Of a stretch of DNA of 64,000 bases, positions 1 to 13,559 are shown in pieces. The translations under genes and the position numbers were made by a program. Under the pieces are notes generated by a model. That model had not been told where the DNA came from. It saw only the letters and a program-made list of their open reading frames with translations, and did not search any database. Within the stretch, counting starts at the first letter, position 1; each line of letters begins with the position of its first letter. The stretch comes from Gekko japonicus (taxonomy: Eukaryota): NCBI RefSeq assembly GCF_001447785.1, contig NW_015164707.1, positions 227,926 to 291,925 of the forward strand, read 5' to 3'.

Positions 1-11
1 GAGCGATCCCG

Positions 12-355
12 CGGGGCGCATATTTTCCATGGCCGCCGCCTACCCCATCGAAGTGGGGACCGGGAGATGCGGAGCAGTGGGACGACTGGTCTCTGTATGA
101 CTCAAAAGGGACTAAAGAGACTTTTTCTCACAGAGGCAGTGCTCTCCGCGAAAGCTTGTTTGACAAGGGGATGTACCCGGGAACGGGGCGCATATTTTCC
201 ATGGCCGCCGCCTACCCCATCGAAGTGGGGACCGGGAGATGCGGAGCAGTGGGACGACTGGTCTCTGTATGACTCAAAAGGGACTAAAGAGACTTTTTCT
301 CACAGAGGCAGTGCTCTCCGCGAAAGCTTGTTTGACAAGGGGATGTACCCGGGAA
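12..355. repeat. Exact 172-bp tandem duplication (12-183 / 184-355)
   Basis: Direct comparison shows identical copies. Confidence 0.92.
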
Positions 356-492
356 GGGATACCGGGCGTCCCGAGAGAACATCTCGACGGGAGGACGAGA
401 TGTGGGCAGCAGAGAGAGAACTTAGAAGGGGGGAACGGGAAGCAGCTGAATGGAACTACGACCCCCAAGACGATCGTATATATCTAACAAAT

Positions 493-923
493 TGTTGGAT
501 CCCCAGGCATTCGAAATAACTCCACGTTTGAATCAAAGCAAGGTTTATTTCAAAGCGATGGTTCAGACAGGAACAAGAACATTGTTAGGAATAACTACCA
601 ATACACAGGTGTAGCATATTAAAGGGATTTGAACCATGTTGGGCCAATGAGGCCAGTTCCCGCTGGCGGGAATAGAACTCGTAAACGCGCGCCTATTCCA
701 TGGGAATGTAACAGTTCAATACCATCAACACAGGTTCAGTTCACAGGGTAGATAACCATAACAAGCTTAGCAAAGCTCTGACTCCCACCACCAGATGCAC
801 GACCTTGGCCAGTTCCGCAAAACACAGAGAAGCATAATGAAGCAGTCTAAACCCAGGAGGGGGGGGGAAGAGCACAAGGCATGTGAAGCAGTCAACCTCA
901 GATACAATGGCAGCTAGCTGACA
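493..923 (-). mobile_element. LTR (Gypsy-like), related to 8018-8416
   Basis: TG...CA ends; minus-strand AATAAA near 545; terminus TGGCAGCTAGCTGACA matches the other LTR. Confidence 0.65.
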
Positions 924-2423
924 TGGAGGCCCTGGCTACTACCATAGCGGCGGCTGTTGCTCTTATGGCCATGGCTGTGGCCTCGTGAGCCTTGCGTAAG
1001 GCAAACTCCGCTTTCCTATCAAGGCTATCGCGTACCATACCTTCGCCTTCTTCTGACAGCAGCCCTGACGTTTGTAACGCCGTAATCCGGCGGGACCTGT
1101 AAAAGTTTTTCTGCAAAGTTAGGTAATGCATAAAGTTTCTTAATGTTGAGGGGACAATGCTTATTCGCCATTGGCTTAGCCCATTCCTTAACTAGCTGAT
1201 CTTCTAAGAATTCAGGGAAGGGAAATGCCTTTTCAAACCCTGGGGCTCTAGGAAAATAGTCTTTGCTCCCCCTGGGTCTCAGACCATCTGCAGAGTTTTC
1301 ATTAGTAACATCGTCAGTCTTTGGTCTGGGGATGAGTTCTAATGTAGACATAGTCTTTTTATGTAAGTACATGTACTCCTCAGGCTTAAAGAAGCGTAGG
1401 GCAGGGTCAGGCACCTCCACTTCCTCCTCGTCTTCCTCATCAGAGAGGAACTCTCCTTCCTCCCTATCGCCCATCTCACTCTCTTCCATTTGTGATAAAT
1501 CCCCATGATCTGCACTTGAGGAGCAATGGTGACTTTTCTTGGCTGCCTTTGTGGGCCAGGGAGGTCTGTCACTGCCAGCTAACTCGTGATTAAAGGTACC
1601 TTGGGCACAGTGATCATAATGTACCTGAGGGAGAAAATGGGAGCCTTCCCCCTGGGAGCCTCTATTTAAATCCGCTATTTCCTCTCTCATCGTTTCCCTA
1701 AAGAATTGCATAACTTCGGGTGTTAGGAGAGGATTACCTCCCTGATCTGTAGTACTCACGGGCCCAGCGAGAGAGGTGCCGTCACTGCGGTTCACTGACC
1801 CCCTTGGGGTTGAAATCTCCTCCTGCTCCGTTTGCTGGCTTATGGATGCAGCGAGAGCCGCCCCGCAGCCATTTTCCTGTTGCTCCGTGAGGGCGCGCTT
1901 TGCCGCTTGGCCCGAAATGGTGCCCGTTGCGTGAGGCAACTCAGCAGAGCGGGACCGTTTTCTGGCGCCAGTTTCGTTATGCACTTGAGGAGCCGCCGTC
2001 GTTGTCGTGGAGTGGGACATAGCTGCGTTAGACTTCGACAAGCGCTGAGCCGAAAGAATAGTTTCTCCGGTCTCACCCTCTGATAAAAAACTGTCGCTGT
2101 CCTCCCTTTCTGACATGCCCCAGGTGGGGAGGCGGGAGGGATTAAAAGAGGAGTTGGAAAGAGGAAGGGATGAAGAATGACAAAAATAGCTTGAGGAAAG
2201 GAATAGATTAGGTGAAGATAGTAAGAAAGTCACAGATCTGAAGTGGAAAGTAGAAATTGAAAGGCACGAGTTCCAACGATGTGCTGCTCTCCCTAACGAG
2301 GCAGGAACTAAACTGACTGGTGGGCGTGTCCTACTGAGAAGACAGGAAGTGAAGTTTGTTCCTGCCTCCCTAAGGATAGGGTGGGAAACACCCAGCAAGA
2401 TGTCCTCCTCTCAGAGGGAGAAC
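924..2423 (-). mobile_element. DIRS-type retrotransposon, 5' end and ORF1 (gag-like), frameshifted and truncated
   Basis: Terminus GTTCTCCCTCTGAGAGGAGGACATCT; ORF from ATG 2116 with FPFPEF..EW.KP..KKLY; continues after a frameshift near 1090 as DRKAE.ALRKAHEA, typical of reptile DIRS ORF1. Confidence 0.75.
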
Positions 2424-2554
2424 AGACCCTTATAAAGAACTAGATGCAGCAGTAAGAGGATTAGGACTGTAGTGGGCCTTTTATTTCTGTAGCTGTTATC
2501 CATGGTGTAATCCTACTATACAATCCTATGCAGGTGTACTCTAGTTTAAGGCCA

Positions 2555-2630
2555 AGATCTGAGTCCAGTAGCACCTTAAAGATCAATCAGATTTCCAGGG
2601 GATAACCTTTTGAGAGTCAAAGCTCCCTTT
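2555..2630. mobile_element. Penelope-like terminal-repeat fragment
   Basis: TCCAGTAGCACCTTAAAGA...GAGAGTCAAAGCTCCCTT, similar to 13560-13760. Confidence 0.45.
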
Positions 2631-3207
2631 ATCCAGGGAGAAGGTGTGAGACCATTGATTGATTGTCTTCAGTGACCATTCTCAGCTAGAACCTTGATTT
2701 ATTCTACTTTGCTTCAAGGAACTGGGTTGATCTTTCATTAGTTGTTTGTCACGTGGAAGAACTAAATAAGTTTCTGCTTGTACAGTAATAAAGATTTGAC
2801 AGGCTCTTTCATGAAAACTGGCTGAAAGCCCATGGCAGACAATATGCAAGAAAAGGGAGTTCCCTATCCAGCCTAACAGGGTTCCAGAAAGGCTTCAATA
2901 GCCTTTGGGCAGTAATCATCAGAGTGCTTATAATAAAGATGGATTCCAGTGATGTTGGGGATCATGGAAATAGCTCATTCATCACTGTTCTTCTGAAAGC
3001 CTCGCTCCCCAGCAAAGAGGCAGCAACCCTGTTTTTATCCCACTTTCCTCCAAATTACTCAGTGTGTCCAGAGGTCGTTTTTTTTTGGGGGGGGAATGCC
3101 GGGGATTGCCGTTCCCCCAGTGAGGGGCGGGGCACACAACGAAGCCCCGCCCCCTGCTTCCAGCCGCCCCACTTCCGGAGAGCGGCTGAAGAAAAGGTGC
3201 TCATACG

Positions 3208-5940
3208 CAGGGCTATTTTTGAGCAGGAACGCACCAGAGCGGCGTTCCTGCTGGCTTCTGAGTTGGCCACGCCCAGCTCCCAGCAGCCCTCAGTTGGGCT
3301 GCCTCTTTCTTCCGGAGCCAGCATGTGTTGCCTCAGCCAGGAAGGCCAGGAAGCTCCAGGCTGCTCTGGGCTGGGTGGGAGAGACTGTTTCCAGGGTGGT
3401 GGGAGGATGACAGAGAGGCCGGGGTAGGGACTGCTTTTGGGGTGGGGAGGGGCTTTAGAGAGCACCCAGGCTGGCCGCCACAAGCCCGGGGCTCTGATGA
3501 GGCCAGAGGGCGACTGCTTTCAGGGCGGCCGGGGACAGCAGAGAGGCCTGCGGGCTGGTAGCGACTGCGTTTGGGTGGCGGCGGCGGTGGGTGGGGGCTT
3601 CGGAGAGCACCCAGGCTGGCCGTGGCTAGCCTGTGGCTCTGATGAGGCCACTGGGATGGTGCTGATTGCTTTTGGGGCAGGGGTGGTGAAGAGGCCGGCG
3701 GGCTGGCAGGGACTGGGTTTTTTTGGGGGGGGGGCTTCAGAGAGCACCCAGGCTAGCTGCAACCAGCCAGTGGCTCTGATGAAGCCAGCGGGCTGGTGCT
3801 GACTGCTTTCGGGGTGGGGGGGAGCGAAGAGGCCGGCGGGCTGGTGGTGACTTCTTTCGAGGCATCGGAGAACACCCAGTCAGTCTCCCTCTGTCTCTCT
3901 GTCTCTCACACACAGTCTTATTGTGAAACTGACAATTACGATCGGGGCAAAGGGAAGAGCCAGCACACTGCAGCAGCTTGTGGGAAATCGGTCTCTGTGT
4001 GTGTCTGTTCCTCTGTATGTTTCTCTCTCTTTCTCTGCCCGGTTTCAATACACGTGGATGTGTTGGCTCCGGTTTCTATTGGTGGGTGCGCATGTGGGGA
4101 AGCAAGGAAGAGCCGGTGTATGTGTGTCCCCTCCTGTTATTGAGGGAGCTGCTGTCTTTCTCCGCCCCCATTTAACACCACTTGGTAAGGAGCACGCAAG
4201 TCCCTCTCACCACCGCCCAGTCCCGATGGTGGCTGCTCTAAAGTGCATGGGAGATCAGGGGTCTTTTGCCCTCCAGTTCATAAAAGTGGAGCGGTCTCTG
4301 GCTCTTTCTGTGTGTCATTAGTAACCTGACACCTTTTGTGTCCAGGGAAAGCCCAACCATCATGCAAGAAACTAGGAGACTTTTCAGCCTCTCAGAGCTA
4401 TGCCATGAGGACCTGAAGGGATCGTGCTTTCTTAGACCTTCAGTCTCAAACAATAGGCAATGTGTGGTTTAGATATACCCCCGCCCCAGTTTTTTATACT
4501 GTTTGTTAAGGGTAATCCTAATTGCAAAGGCCATCAGAGTTTCCGTTCAGGTCTCGGTTTCTTCTCAGCCTTCTGTGCCTCCCAGTAGGCAGCATGTGTG
4601 TTTGTATGACTTGGTAGTTCAGAAACTTGGATAAGTTTACAGAAGGGGTGTTTTCCAAGAATTTAAATTAGGTCGTTAAAAATTACTTTCCTATTAGCTT
4701 TTTTTTCTCAGGTTGATCTTTGAGTACTTAAGCAAGGGGGGGGGGGTCCATGCTTGTGAACATCCATGTGATTGTGTGTTCTTGAGTGTTTCTGTATTGT
4801 TGGAAATATATATTTTTCTATGGGTGGCTAGTGAGAAAATATGTTTTTTTAATAATGCTATATATAACTGGTTTACATCTTTGCAATACTTGCCATTAAA
4901 TTCTTTACATTCATCTGAACTATTTGTATGTTTAAAATGTCATGAGTAATTTAAGGTCATGGGCTAATATTCCATTTCAAGTTGAACCCCAGTCATAATT
5001 CTCCTAGGTGGAAGTAATTCCTGTTAGTTTGAATTTGGAACAACTCCCCTAATCCTGGGATATGTGTTTCACTGAAATCTATGAGATTTATTGACAAGGG
5101 ATGCTCCTTAGGGTGCCAGTTGCAACTTATAGGACCAAGAGTGGGAATGGAATGTAAATTTCTTTTTAAAAAACTAATCCTTTTACTGGTATTTCTTTGA
5201 GGTCCCTGTGTGTGTATTTCTCTCTGGTATTTTTGGCCACATTGTGACAGTGTTGGGACTGGCTTTTCTTATGTTTTTATGGGGATGTACTAAAAGGAAG
5301 GGCAGGATTGCCCATTGGAAACAATGGGAAATACTTGAAGACCCATTGGAAATAATGGGAGCCAAGAATGTCAGTTGACTTGCATGGGCTCCATTGAAAT
5401 ACAGTACAGTACAAGTCGAGTTGCAAAGAAAATGTGGAATGGATTTTCCATTAGGGTCTCTGGGCCCAAATAGAGTACTCTGGGACTGGAATGACAGGCC
5501 CCAGAGTGCAATGACAGCCCCTGGGGGTAGCAGGGATGTTCTGTGACTAGAATGAGAGACCACGGAGTGGAATGACAGTGCCTGAGGGTACCAGAAGTAT
5601 TCTGGGAATGGAATGACAGGTCCCAGAGTGGAATGATAGCCCCTTGAAGTAGCAGGACAGTTCTGGAACTGGAATGACAAGGCCCAGAGTGGAATTACAG
5701 CTTCTGAATATAGCAGGAGTGGTCTTGGACTGGAATGACAGGCCCCAAAGTGGAATGACAGCCCTTGGGGTAGCAGGAGTGTTCTGGGACTGGAATGAGA
5801 GACCACAGTGTCATTCTACTCTGCAGCTTGTCATTTCATGTCAGGGGGTGTGGCCTTATGACACACTTCCAGTGATGTCAGGGGGTGTGGCATATGCTAA
5901 TGAGTTATGCTAATGAGTTCCCCTAGCTCTTTTTCTACGA
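3208..5940 (-). mobile_element. Probable long non-autonomous hAT element related to the MITEs at 50509 and 53863
   Basis: Start CAGGGCTATTTTTGAGCAGGAACGCAC is the reverse of the MITE right end; 5830-5938 resembles the MITE left subterminal repeats; end interrupted by an RTE fragment. Confidence 0.5.
5480..5810. repeat. Minisatellite, ~61-bp unit, ~5.5 copies
   Basis: Units start at 5480, 5541, 5602, 5663, 5724, 5784; GGAATGAC cores. Confidence 0.85.
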
Positions 5941-6012
5941 ATGAAGCTCAAATACTTTGGCCACCAAATGAGAAGGGAGCACTCACTGGAGAAGACCCTG
6001 ATGTTGGAAAAG
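5941..6012 (+). mobile_element. RTE/BovB LINE fragment
   Basis: Near-identical to 39526-39597 (KLKYFGHQMRREHSLEKTLML). Confidence 0.8.
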
Positions 6013-6815
6013 ATACTTATGCCACCCCATTACCAAATTAAGGTATCTTCTAACGTTATCCAGTCCTTTATCCATGTTAGCGCCGCTGCTTTATAGTATA
6101 AATTCCAGTTTGGTACTCCAACCCCCCCCCTTTAATCTTGCATACATTTACGATTAATTCTTGGTTTCTTATTGTGTCCATATAAATTTACTACAAACTC
6201 TTTCCAATTCTTTAAAATAATTTGTTTTCCTTAGGATTGGTATATTTTGCGCCAGAAATATATACCTAGGTAGAATGTTCATTTTTAAAACCGCAATTCT
6301 GCCCATCATTGAAATCTTTAGATCTTTCCATCTTTATCCTTTTTTAGTTTCATTAAGTAATTTATTATAATTATCCTCTATTAAAGTAATGTTTTGACTT
6401 GATATTGTAATTCCTAAATATTTAACCTTTTTAGTTATTTCCATCTTAGAGAGAGCTTGAATTTTATCTTTTTACAGCTTTGTACAGTTCTTTGTTAATA
6501 TATTTGTTTTCTTAAAAGTTAATTTTCAGTCCTGCTACTTGTCCGTACTCTTGTATTGTCTGAATTAAGTTAGTTATTGATGTTGTTGGATTTTCTAATA
6601 TAAATACCAGATCATCTGCATATGCTTGTAATTTAAATTCTTCTCCTTCTATTCTAAGCCCCTTAATTAGAGTGTTGTCTCTGACTTGTTCTGTTAATGT
6701 CTCTAGGGTAAAGATAAATAATAATGGTGATAAAGGCCATCCTTGTCTGGTCCCTTTCTGAATTTTGATATCCTGTGTCATATCATTGTTTACTTGTATT
6801 TTCGCTACTTGTTTA
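6013..6815 (-). mobile_element. L1-clade LINE ORF2 fragment
   Basis: KGTRQGWPLSPLLF...KLQAYADDLVF reverse-transcriptase motifs. Confidence 0.85.
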
Positions 6816-7020
6816 TAATTATTTTAAAAAAAAATTCAAATTTTTATCCCACCCTCCCAGCCAAGGCCAGCTCAGGGTGGCTTACAAGCAGATAAAATTC
6901 CAACAATATGTACAAACACATCAGCAATTAGTATAAATACAAAATTAAAGTGTCATGTTAAAATCCAATATATACTAAAGTGCTAGGTTTTGCAACATCA
7001 GCCACATTGATCTGCTCAGA

Positions 7021-7135
7021 CGTCATAAGAATTAAGCAAACTCCGGAGAATGGTGGAAGAGACGAGGGCCTGGCATGAAGTGGTCCATGGGGTCGCAAAG
7101 AGTCGGACTCAACTGTACGACCGTACAACAACAAA
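7021..7135 (+). mobile_element. RTE LINE 3' end
   Basis: GTCCATGGGGTCGCAAAGAGTCGGACTC followed by a (CAA)n tail. Confidence 0.75.
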
Positions 7136-7800
7136 AAAGCCCCAAAGGGGCTGGTTCAGCACAAGGGAATTGGGTGCGTTCAAACATCAAGTGGACTGTG
7201 GCAAGGCTTCCAAGGACACTTGATCCCAAGGCAACTCCTGCACTTCCATGTGCCCACATCTGATCGTGACCAGGAGAAATGAACACCATGAGCCAACTCC
7301 TCTCCCCGCTGCGTATCGCCCCAGGCAAACATGATCCATATTCTCACACACACACACACCTCAGGGGGAAAAAATAGTGGTGGGGGGGCCGTGCGGGCTG
7401 GCTGGCTCTTCCTGCCCAGGGGCTCTGCAGGTGCGCGCGGAGCAGCTCCCTTGGGGGAAGAGGGGGTGGAGGCACTGTGCGCAACCACGTGATGGAGGCA
7501 TGCAAATGTACATGGCGCCAGTGGGGCGGGGGAGAGAGATCAGCCTGAGCCCAAACCCCACCCCCAGGCTGGCCTGTGGGACCCTCCCCTCCCCTGCGGG
7601 GGAACTGGCCGCGCCTCTCTCCTGCTTCCTGGCCCAGCTTCCTTCCTTCCCTGAGCGGTGCTGAAAGTGCTGGCCTCACCTGGGGGCCCCATGCCCCTGC
7701 CAGCTCCAGCAGGGGGGAGTCCTCCGGGCGGCCCAGAGAGCTGGCCTGGGCTCCGTTGGAAGTTTGGGGGCTGGGCACCAGGGGCCCCCACCGTCGCTAC

Positions 7801-8570
7801 GAGCCTGTGGGCAGTAGGTTCAAGGCAGAGAAAAAGAAATGCCACTTTACACATAGAGTGATTAAAATGTGGAATTCGCTGCCACAGGATACAGTGATGG
7901 CCACAGGAATAGACAGATTTAAAAGGGGATTAGGTAGATTCGTAGAGGATAGGTCTATCTGTGGCTACTAGCCATGGTGACTGAGGAGAACCTCCACGTT
8001 CAGAGGCACTAAGCCTCTGTCAGACTCCTAGTATCGTAATAAGCACGCTTTTGAATAAAAGGTAACTTTATTAGAACTGAAGGTGCATAACAGGATCACT
8101 GTTCAGAATGAGCGGGAATTAAACAGCAAGACATATTATAGTTCATTCGAACTACTGGGGCCCAATTGCGGGGTTTCCCGCTCGCGCCTTTGGGCTTGGG
8201 AATAAACGGTCCTCGGCAGAGAATGCTATCTCTTTCTCACGGCATTTCATGAGAGCTTCATTTCGCTAACAAGCACTTGCAACCACCTGTGGCCTTGGGA
8301 GAGATAATTGTTTCAGCAGTCTAAATAGTCATGCGCATCTACAGTCTTGCAGCTAAAAGCAAAAGCAGGCAAACGAATACAGGCACGCAAAGCAAAACAT
8401 TGGCAGCTCGCTGACACTGACTCCCAATGCCAGAAGGCAACTCCAGGGGAAGGCTTCGCCTCTATGCCATGTTGCTGGTCATCCAGAGGAATTGGTTTGC
8501 TACTGTGTGAGACAGGAAGCTAGACTAGATGGCCTATTGGTCTGATTCAGCAAGGCTCTTATGTCCTTGT
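7801..8570 (+). mobile_element. CR1 LINE 3' end, interrupted by an LTR
   Basis: FTHRVIKMWNSLPQ...RSICGY* followed by CR1 3'UTR. Confidence 0.8.
8018..8416 (-). mobile_element. Solo LTR inserted in a CR1 3'UTR
   Basis: TGTCAG...CTGACA inverted termini; CR1 sequence resumes afterwards. Confidence 0.75.
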
Positions 8571-11389
8571 CACACTGGGTGTTGACCTCCCACCCTTAAC
8601 CGTCCTGAGAAAGTGTTGGGAGGGGTTGCTGAAGCCTCAGAATGGGGGCCGTGGGGTCACTTCACTGCTGCCGGGGCTCCCTGCTGTCACTGCCTTTTCC
8701 TGTCCAGCACCGTAGCAGTTTCCAGCTGCTCTTCCTCCCCAGTCTCAGCGTTTCTAACCCCTTTTATCCCTCCACCGCTCCTCTCCCATCTCTCTAGTGG
8801 TTCCTCTTCTTGCCGCTGCCTTTCCCTGGGCATCCCTCTGGCCTGGGCAAAAGGGCCTTTTCCAGGCTCCACCACTGCTCAGGCCTCAGCTGCAGTTGGG
8901 GATCAGTCAGGTGTCAAGACACCTCTCCCCCTTCTCGCGGCTGTGTTGAGTGCTTGTGCCGGTCCGGATAAGGTCTCCGGCCTCTCCTCCACCTTCCCCA
9001 GCATGTTCCCCAGACACGAGGTCTGGCACAACCCGGCACTCCCTCCGCCGCCCACACGCCTGGCTCTCTCCTCCCCAGGTCTTCCAGCCGCCAGCCCTAT
9101 TCCCAGCATCCAGGCTGGTGATGTAGGGCGCCATAGGGCGCCATGGTGGCTTGGACTCGGGCATGTCGGGTCGGGGTTTGCCAGGGTCCAGATCACGTCA
9201 TTCTGATGTCGACTCGCCACTGCAGGTGTCCCCCTCGGGCCAGCCTATGCCGGTGGGGTCTGGTCCGGACCCAGCCATTTCTTCTTTGTCACTCTGCAGT
9301 GTACCAACCCTTCCAGACCTATAGGTGACCTGCCTGTCTAGGATGCCCCCCTCTTATTCAGTGGGAAAGTAAAAACTTCCTTCTGTGCTTCTGGTTCTGA
9401 GATCCTCCTATAACAGCAGCAGCAGAAATGGATGGAGGGAAAGAGCACCGTAACATTGGAATGGGGCAACAGCTGAGACTGTACAATAACAGAGAGGGTG
9501 ATATGAGATCTAGCAAGAAAATCAAGGGGGAAACAAATCAAAAATAAATCTCTGCTTTTCTAACAAAAAATTCTCTGGCTATCTTACATTAATTTTTAAA
9601 AAGTGGCCCTTGGAGTGAATTGAACTGTGTAGCAATTGTGTTACTAATCTTGATGAGAAAAACTGCACCTAGCTTTACCCGCAATAACAACACCCCCCAC
9701 TCAGTGCTTTATTGTTGCAGGAACTAAATGAATCTGTTTTTGTGTGAGACTGTGTGAGACACTAGAGAACATTGTTCCATAGTTTCCTGGCTCCCTTTGG
9801 GCCTCTTAGCCTAATTTGTCTCATGAGCTTGGTGCAAGAACAAAATGGAAGAACCATATGTTCCACATCAAACTCCTTGGACGAGAAATACAATGTTTCT
9901 GATGCTTTTAAGCTGTGGAAGAGGTATTCTTTATCTGGAAGCCATGCTGACTAAGAAATAAGGTTATGGTCCCACCTTCTCTATCATCTATAGATCTATT
10001 TCTCAAGTGTGAGCAATCTACTCACCTAAATCCATGTATCCAGTCCACACTGAGTTTTTTCTCCGAACTTGTGGGGACCCCCCCCCCCCAGGTTTGCAGA
10101 AAAACCTTAAAACTTTGAAAAAATACATAGGGGTGTTTAAATCCCCCCCCCAATGCGCTTACCTTTTTTGGCATAGTCTTAGCAATAATAGGGGGAGGGG
10201 CGGCAGTGGGCCTGGGAGCAGCAGTGGGCCTGTTGGTGGCAGCGGCAAAGACGGGGGGAGCTCAGGAGCTGGAGTGGTGCTTGAGGCCAGGAGCCACGCT
10301 GGGCTCACCAGCATCCACATCAGGGTGTGGGAGGAGGAGAGCCACACCAGACACATTGTGAGGCTGGAAGGGTTCGAGAAGCCTCAGCAGGCTTGGCCAG
10401 CATTGATAGGAGGTGGAATGAAGTCTCAGCCAGATACAATGTCACAGAGTCCACTTTCCAAAGCAGCCATTTTTCTCCAGGAGGACACAGCTCTGTTTGG
10501 AGATCAGTTATAATTCTGGGAGCTCTCCAGGTCCCACCTGGAGGCTGGCAACCTTAGGCCTCGCAACACCCATCCTACTTGAATGACTAATCTTGGCCTG
10601 GCTGCTTGCTACAGTTCAATGGCAGCCATCTTATGAAAGTTAGTGTGATTACACAGTCGCTTCTGTTTTATCATTGGTTCACATCATACATCCTACCCCT
10701 GATTCCACCTGACCTTTTCTCCTCTAAGTTAAATAAAACATTTTATTTTGAACTTTCAAAAGCCTCTCATGTGCTATTTCAGAAGCTGAGTATGTGATTT
10801 TGTTTCTTCCCTCAGTTTCCTGGGCCAGCATCTTTTTATATTAAAGTGACTGGGTGGGACAGCTACAGACAAATAAGAAAATAGATATAGGGGCTGCTCA
10901 GCAAGAAAGAAGAAAAAAGGGAAAATCCTGTGCATGAGGGAGGGAAGAGGGGAAATCACCAGAGACATATATTAATCATAAAATAAGTCATGTACTTTAA
11001 GTTAGCTACTAGCTCACAACTTTACACAGTGCCCTCAATGAGAGAAGATCCAATTTATGCAGTTGTCACTCCTAAACCACTATATAGCTATCACCAGTTC
11101 TGTCCCTCACTTCCCAGTTAATGGTAACTGGTTTACTATGATGTAAGAGCTGGCCCTATGAGGTGAGGAGGGGAAACAGCCACACCACTTTTCCTTTGGA
11201 CCAAGACTCTTGGTGCTACTATAGTCACTGTGTTACCTCATTCCAGCTTTTGCTCTGGTAACAGAAGACCTTAGCCAACAAAATTGCATAAAAGTAACTC
11301 ACATTAGCCTGAGCTTTGGCAGACGTAGCTGAGAAGGCAGGCAGCACTAAGGGGCAAACCTTGCTGCAGCTTGCCTGTTTCCTTTCAGG

Positions 11390-13135
11390 AGTAATAAGAT
11401 TGAGGTGACGAGAGAGGAGGTCCTAAAACTGATAAGACAACTTAAAAACTGATAAATCACCAGGCCCAGATGGCATACATCCGAGAGTTCTGAAAGAACT
11501 CAATTGTGAACTTGTGGATCTCCTGACAAAAATATGTAATCTCTCCTTAAAATCAGCCTCCATTCCTGAGGACTGGAAGGTAGCTAATGTCACTCCCATC
11601 TTTAAAAAGGGTTCCAGAGGAGATCCGGGAAATTACAGGCCAGTCAGTCTGACGTCGATACCGGGTAAATTGGTGGAAACCATTATTAAGGAAAGAATTA
11701 GTAGGCACATAGATGAACAAAACCTATTGAGGCAGACTCAACATGGGTTCTGTAAGGGAAGATCTTGTCTCACTAACCTATTAGTGTTCTTTGAGGGGGT
11801 GAACAAACATGTGGACAAGGGGGATCCAATAGATATTGTTTACCTTGACTTCCAGAAAGCTTTTGATAAAGTTCCTCATCAAAGGCTCCTAAGTAAGCTC
11901 AAAAATCATGGGATAAAAGGACAAGTCCTTTTATGGATCAAAAACTGGCTAATTAATAGAAAACAGAGAGTGAGTATAAATGGGCAGTTCTCCCAGTGGA
12001 GGGGGGTAAGCAGTGGGGTACCACAGGGATCAGTACTTGGTCCACTGCTTTTTAACTTGTTCATTAATGATTTGGAGTTGGGAGTAAGCAGTGAAGTGGC
12101 TAAATTTGCGGATGATACGAAGTTGTTCAGGGTGGTGAAAACCAGTGAGGATTGTGAGGCACTCCAAAGGGATCTGTCAAAGTTGGGCGAGTGGGCGTCA
12201 ACATGGCAAATGGGGTTCAATGTGGCCAAGTGCAAGGTGATGCACATTGGAGCCAAAAATCCTAACTATAAATACACGTTGATGGGGTCTGAACTGGCAG
12301 AGACAGATCAAGAGAGAGATCTTGGAGTTGTAGTAGATAACTCACTGAAAATGTCGAGACAGTGTGTGACTGCAATAAAGAAGGCCAATGCTATGCTGGG
12401 GATTATTAGGAAGGGTATTGTAAACAGATCAGCCAATATCATAATGCCGCTATATAAATCAATGGTGCAACATCATCTGGAATACTGTGTGCAATTCTGG
12501 TCACCACACCTTAAAAAGGATATTATAGCTTTGGAAAAAGTGCAGAAAAGAGCAACTCGAATGATAAAAGGGTTGGAACACTTTCCCTATGAGGAAAGGT
12601 TAAGGCGCTTAGGACTCTTTAGCTTGGAGAAACGACGACTGAGGGGTGACATGATTGAGGTTTATAAGATTATGCATGGGAAAGAGCAGGTAGAGAAAGA
12701 GGTACTTTTCTCCCTTTCTCACAATACAAGAACCCGTGGGCACTCCATGAAATTGCTGAGCGGTCGGGTTAGAACGGATAAAAGGAAGTACTTCTTCACC
12801 CAAAGAGTGATTAACACTTGGAATTCACTGCCACAGGAAGTGGTGGCAGCTACAAGCATGGACGTCTTCAAAAGGGAATTAGATAAGCATATGGAGCAGA
12901 GGTCCATCAGTGGCTATTAGCCACAAGGTATAGATAGGGACTCTGGGGCAAGTGATGCTCTGTCATCTTGGTGCTTGGGGGGGGGTCAACAGTGGGAGGG
13001 CTTCTAATGTCCTGGCCCCACTGGTGGACCTCCTGATGGCACTGGTATTTCTGGCCACTGTGGGATACAGAGTGTTGGACTGGATGGGCCTTTGGCCTGA
13101 TCCAACATTGGCATCTCTTATGTTCTTATGTTCTT
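11390..13135 (+). mobile_element. CR1 LINE, 5'-truncated, open RT ORF 11514-12920
   Basis: PGNYRPVSLTS, YLDFQKAFDKV, GVPQGSVLGP, FADD; (TTATGTTC)n tail. Confidence 0.95.
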
Positions 13136-13559
13136 AAGAAGTTGATGGAAAGCCACAGAAAAATCCTTCACACTGAACTGAAAAGGTCAACATGTCTCTC
13201 TTTCACGAACTCTTTTAAACATTAGCTGAATTTTACAGCTCAAAATGGCTGAATGATGAAATACATATAGGCATATTTTTCTATATCACTTCATGGTAAA
13301 ACAGTCATTTAGGTGTGGTAGTTGTAATGGGACACAGGAGGAAAGAACACACAGAGGAAGTTAATGAAAAGGTGACTGAAGTGAAAAATACAGATGAAGT
13401 ACCTACAGCCCTCACTTGGCAGCCATCCCACTAGTTTCTAAGAGCAATTAGAGAATACTAATCATATCACAAGTACACTGGCTAGTAAACCTGTTTTTAA
13501 AATGGCACTATGAAGGAATCTAGCTTGCCACACGATTATGATTTATAGTCCAATCATTA

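Noticed and set aside
12-355. 172-bp exact tandem repeat as a functional array or CRISPR-like structure
   Set aside because: Only two identical copies with no spacers, in eukaryotic TE context; likely an assembly overlap or recent slippage
9338-10030. Possible minus-strand exons (acceptors near 9510 and 9951, donor near 10025)
   Set aside because: Translations resemble no family I recognise and do not join into a coherent frame; would need RNA-seq
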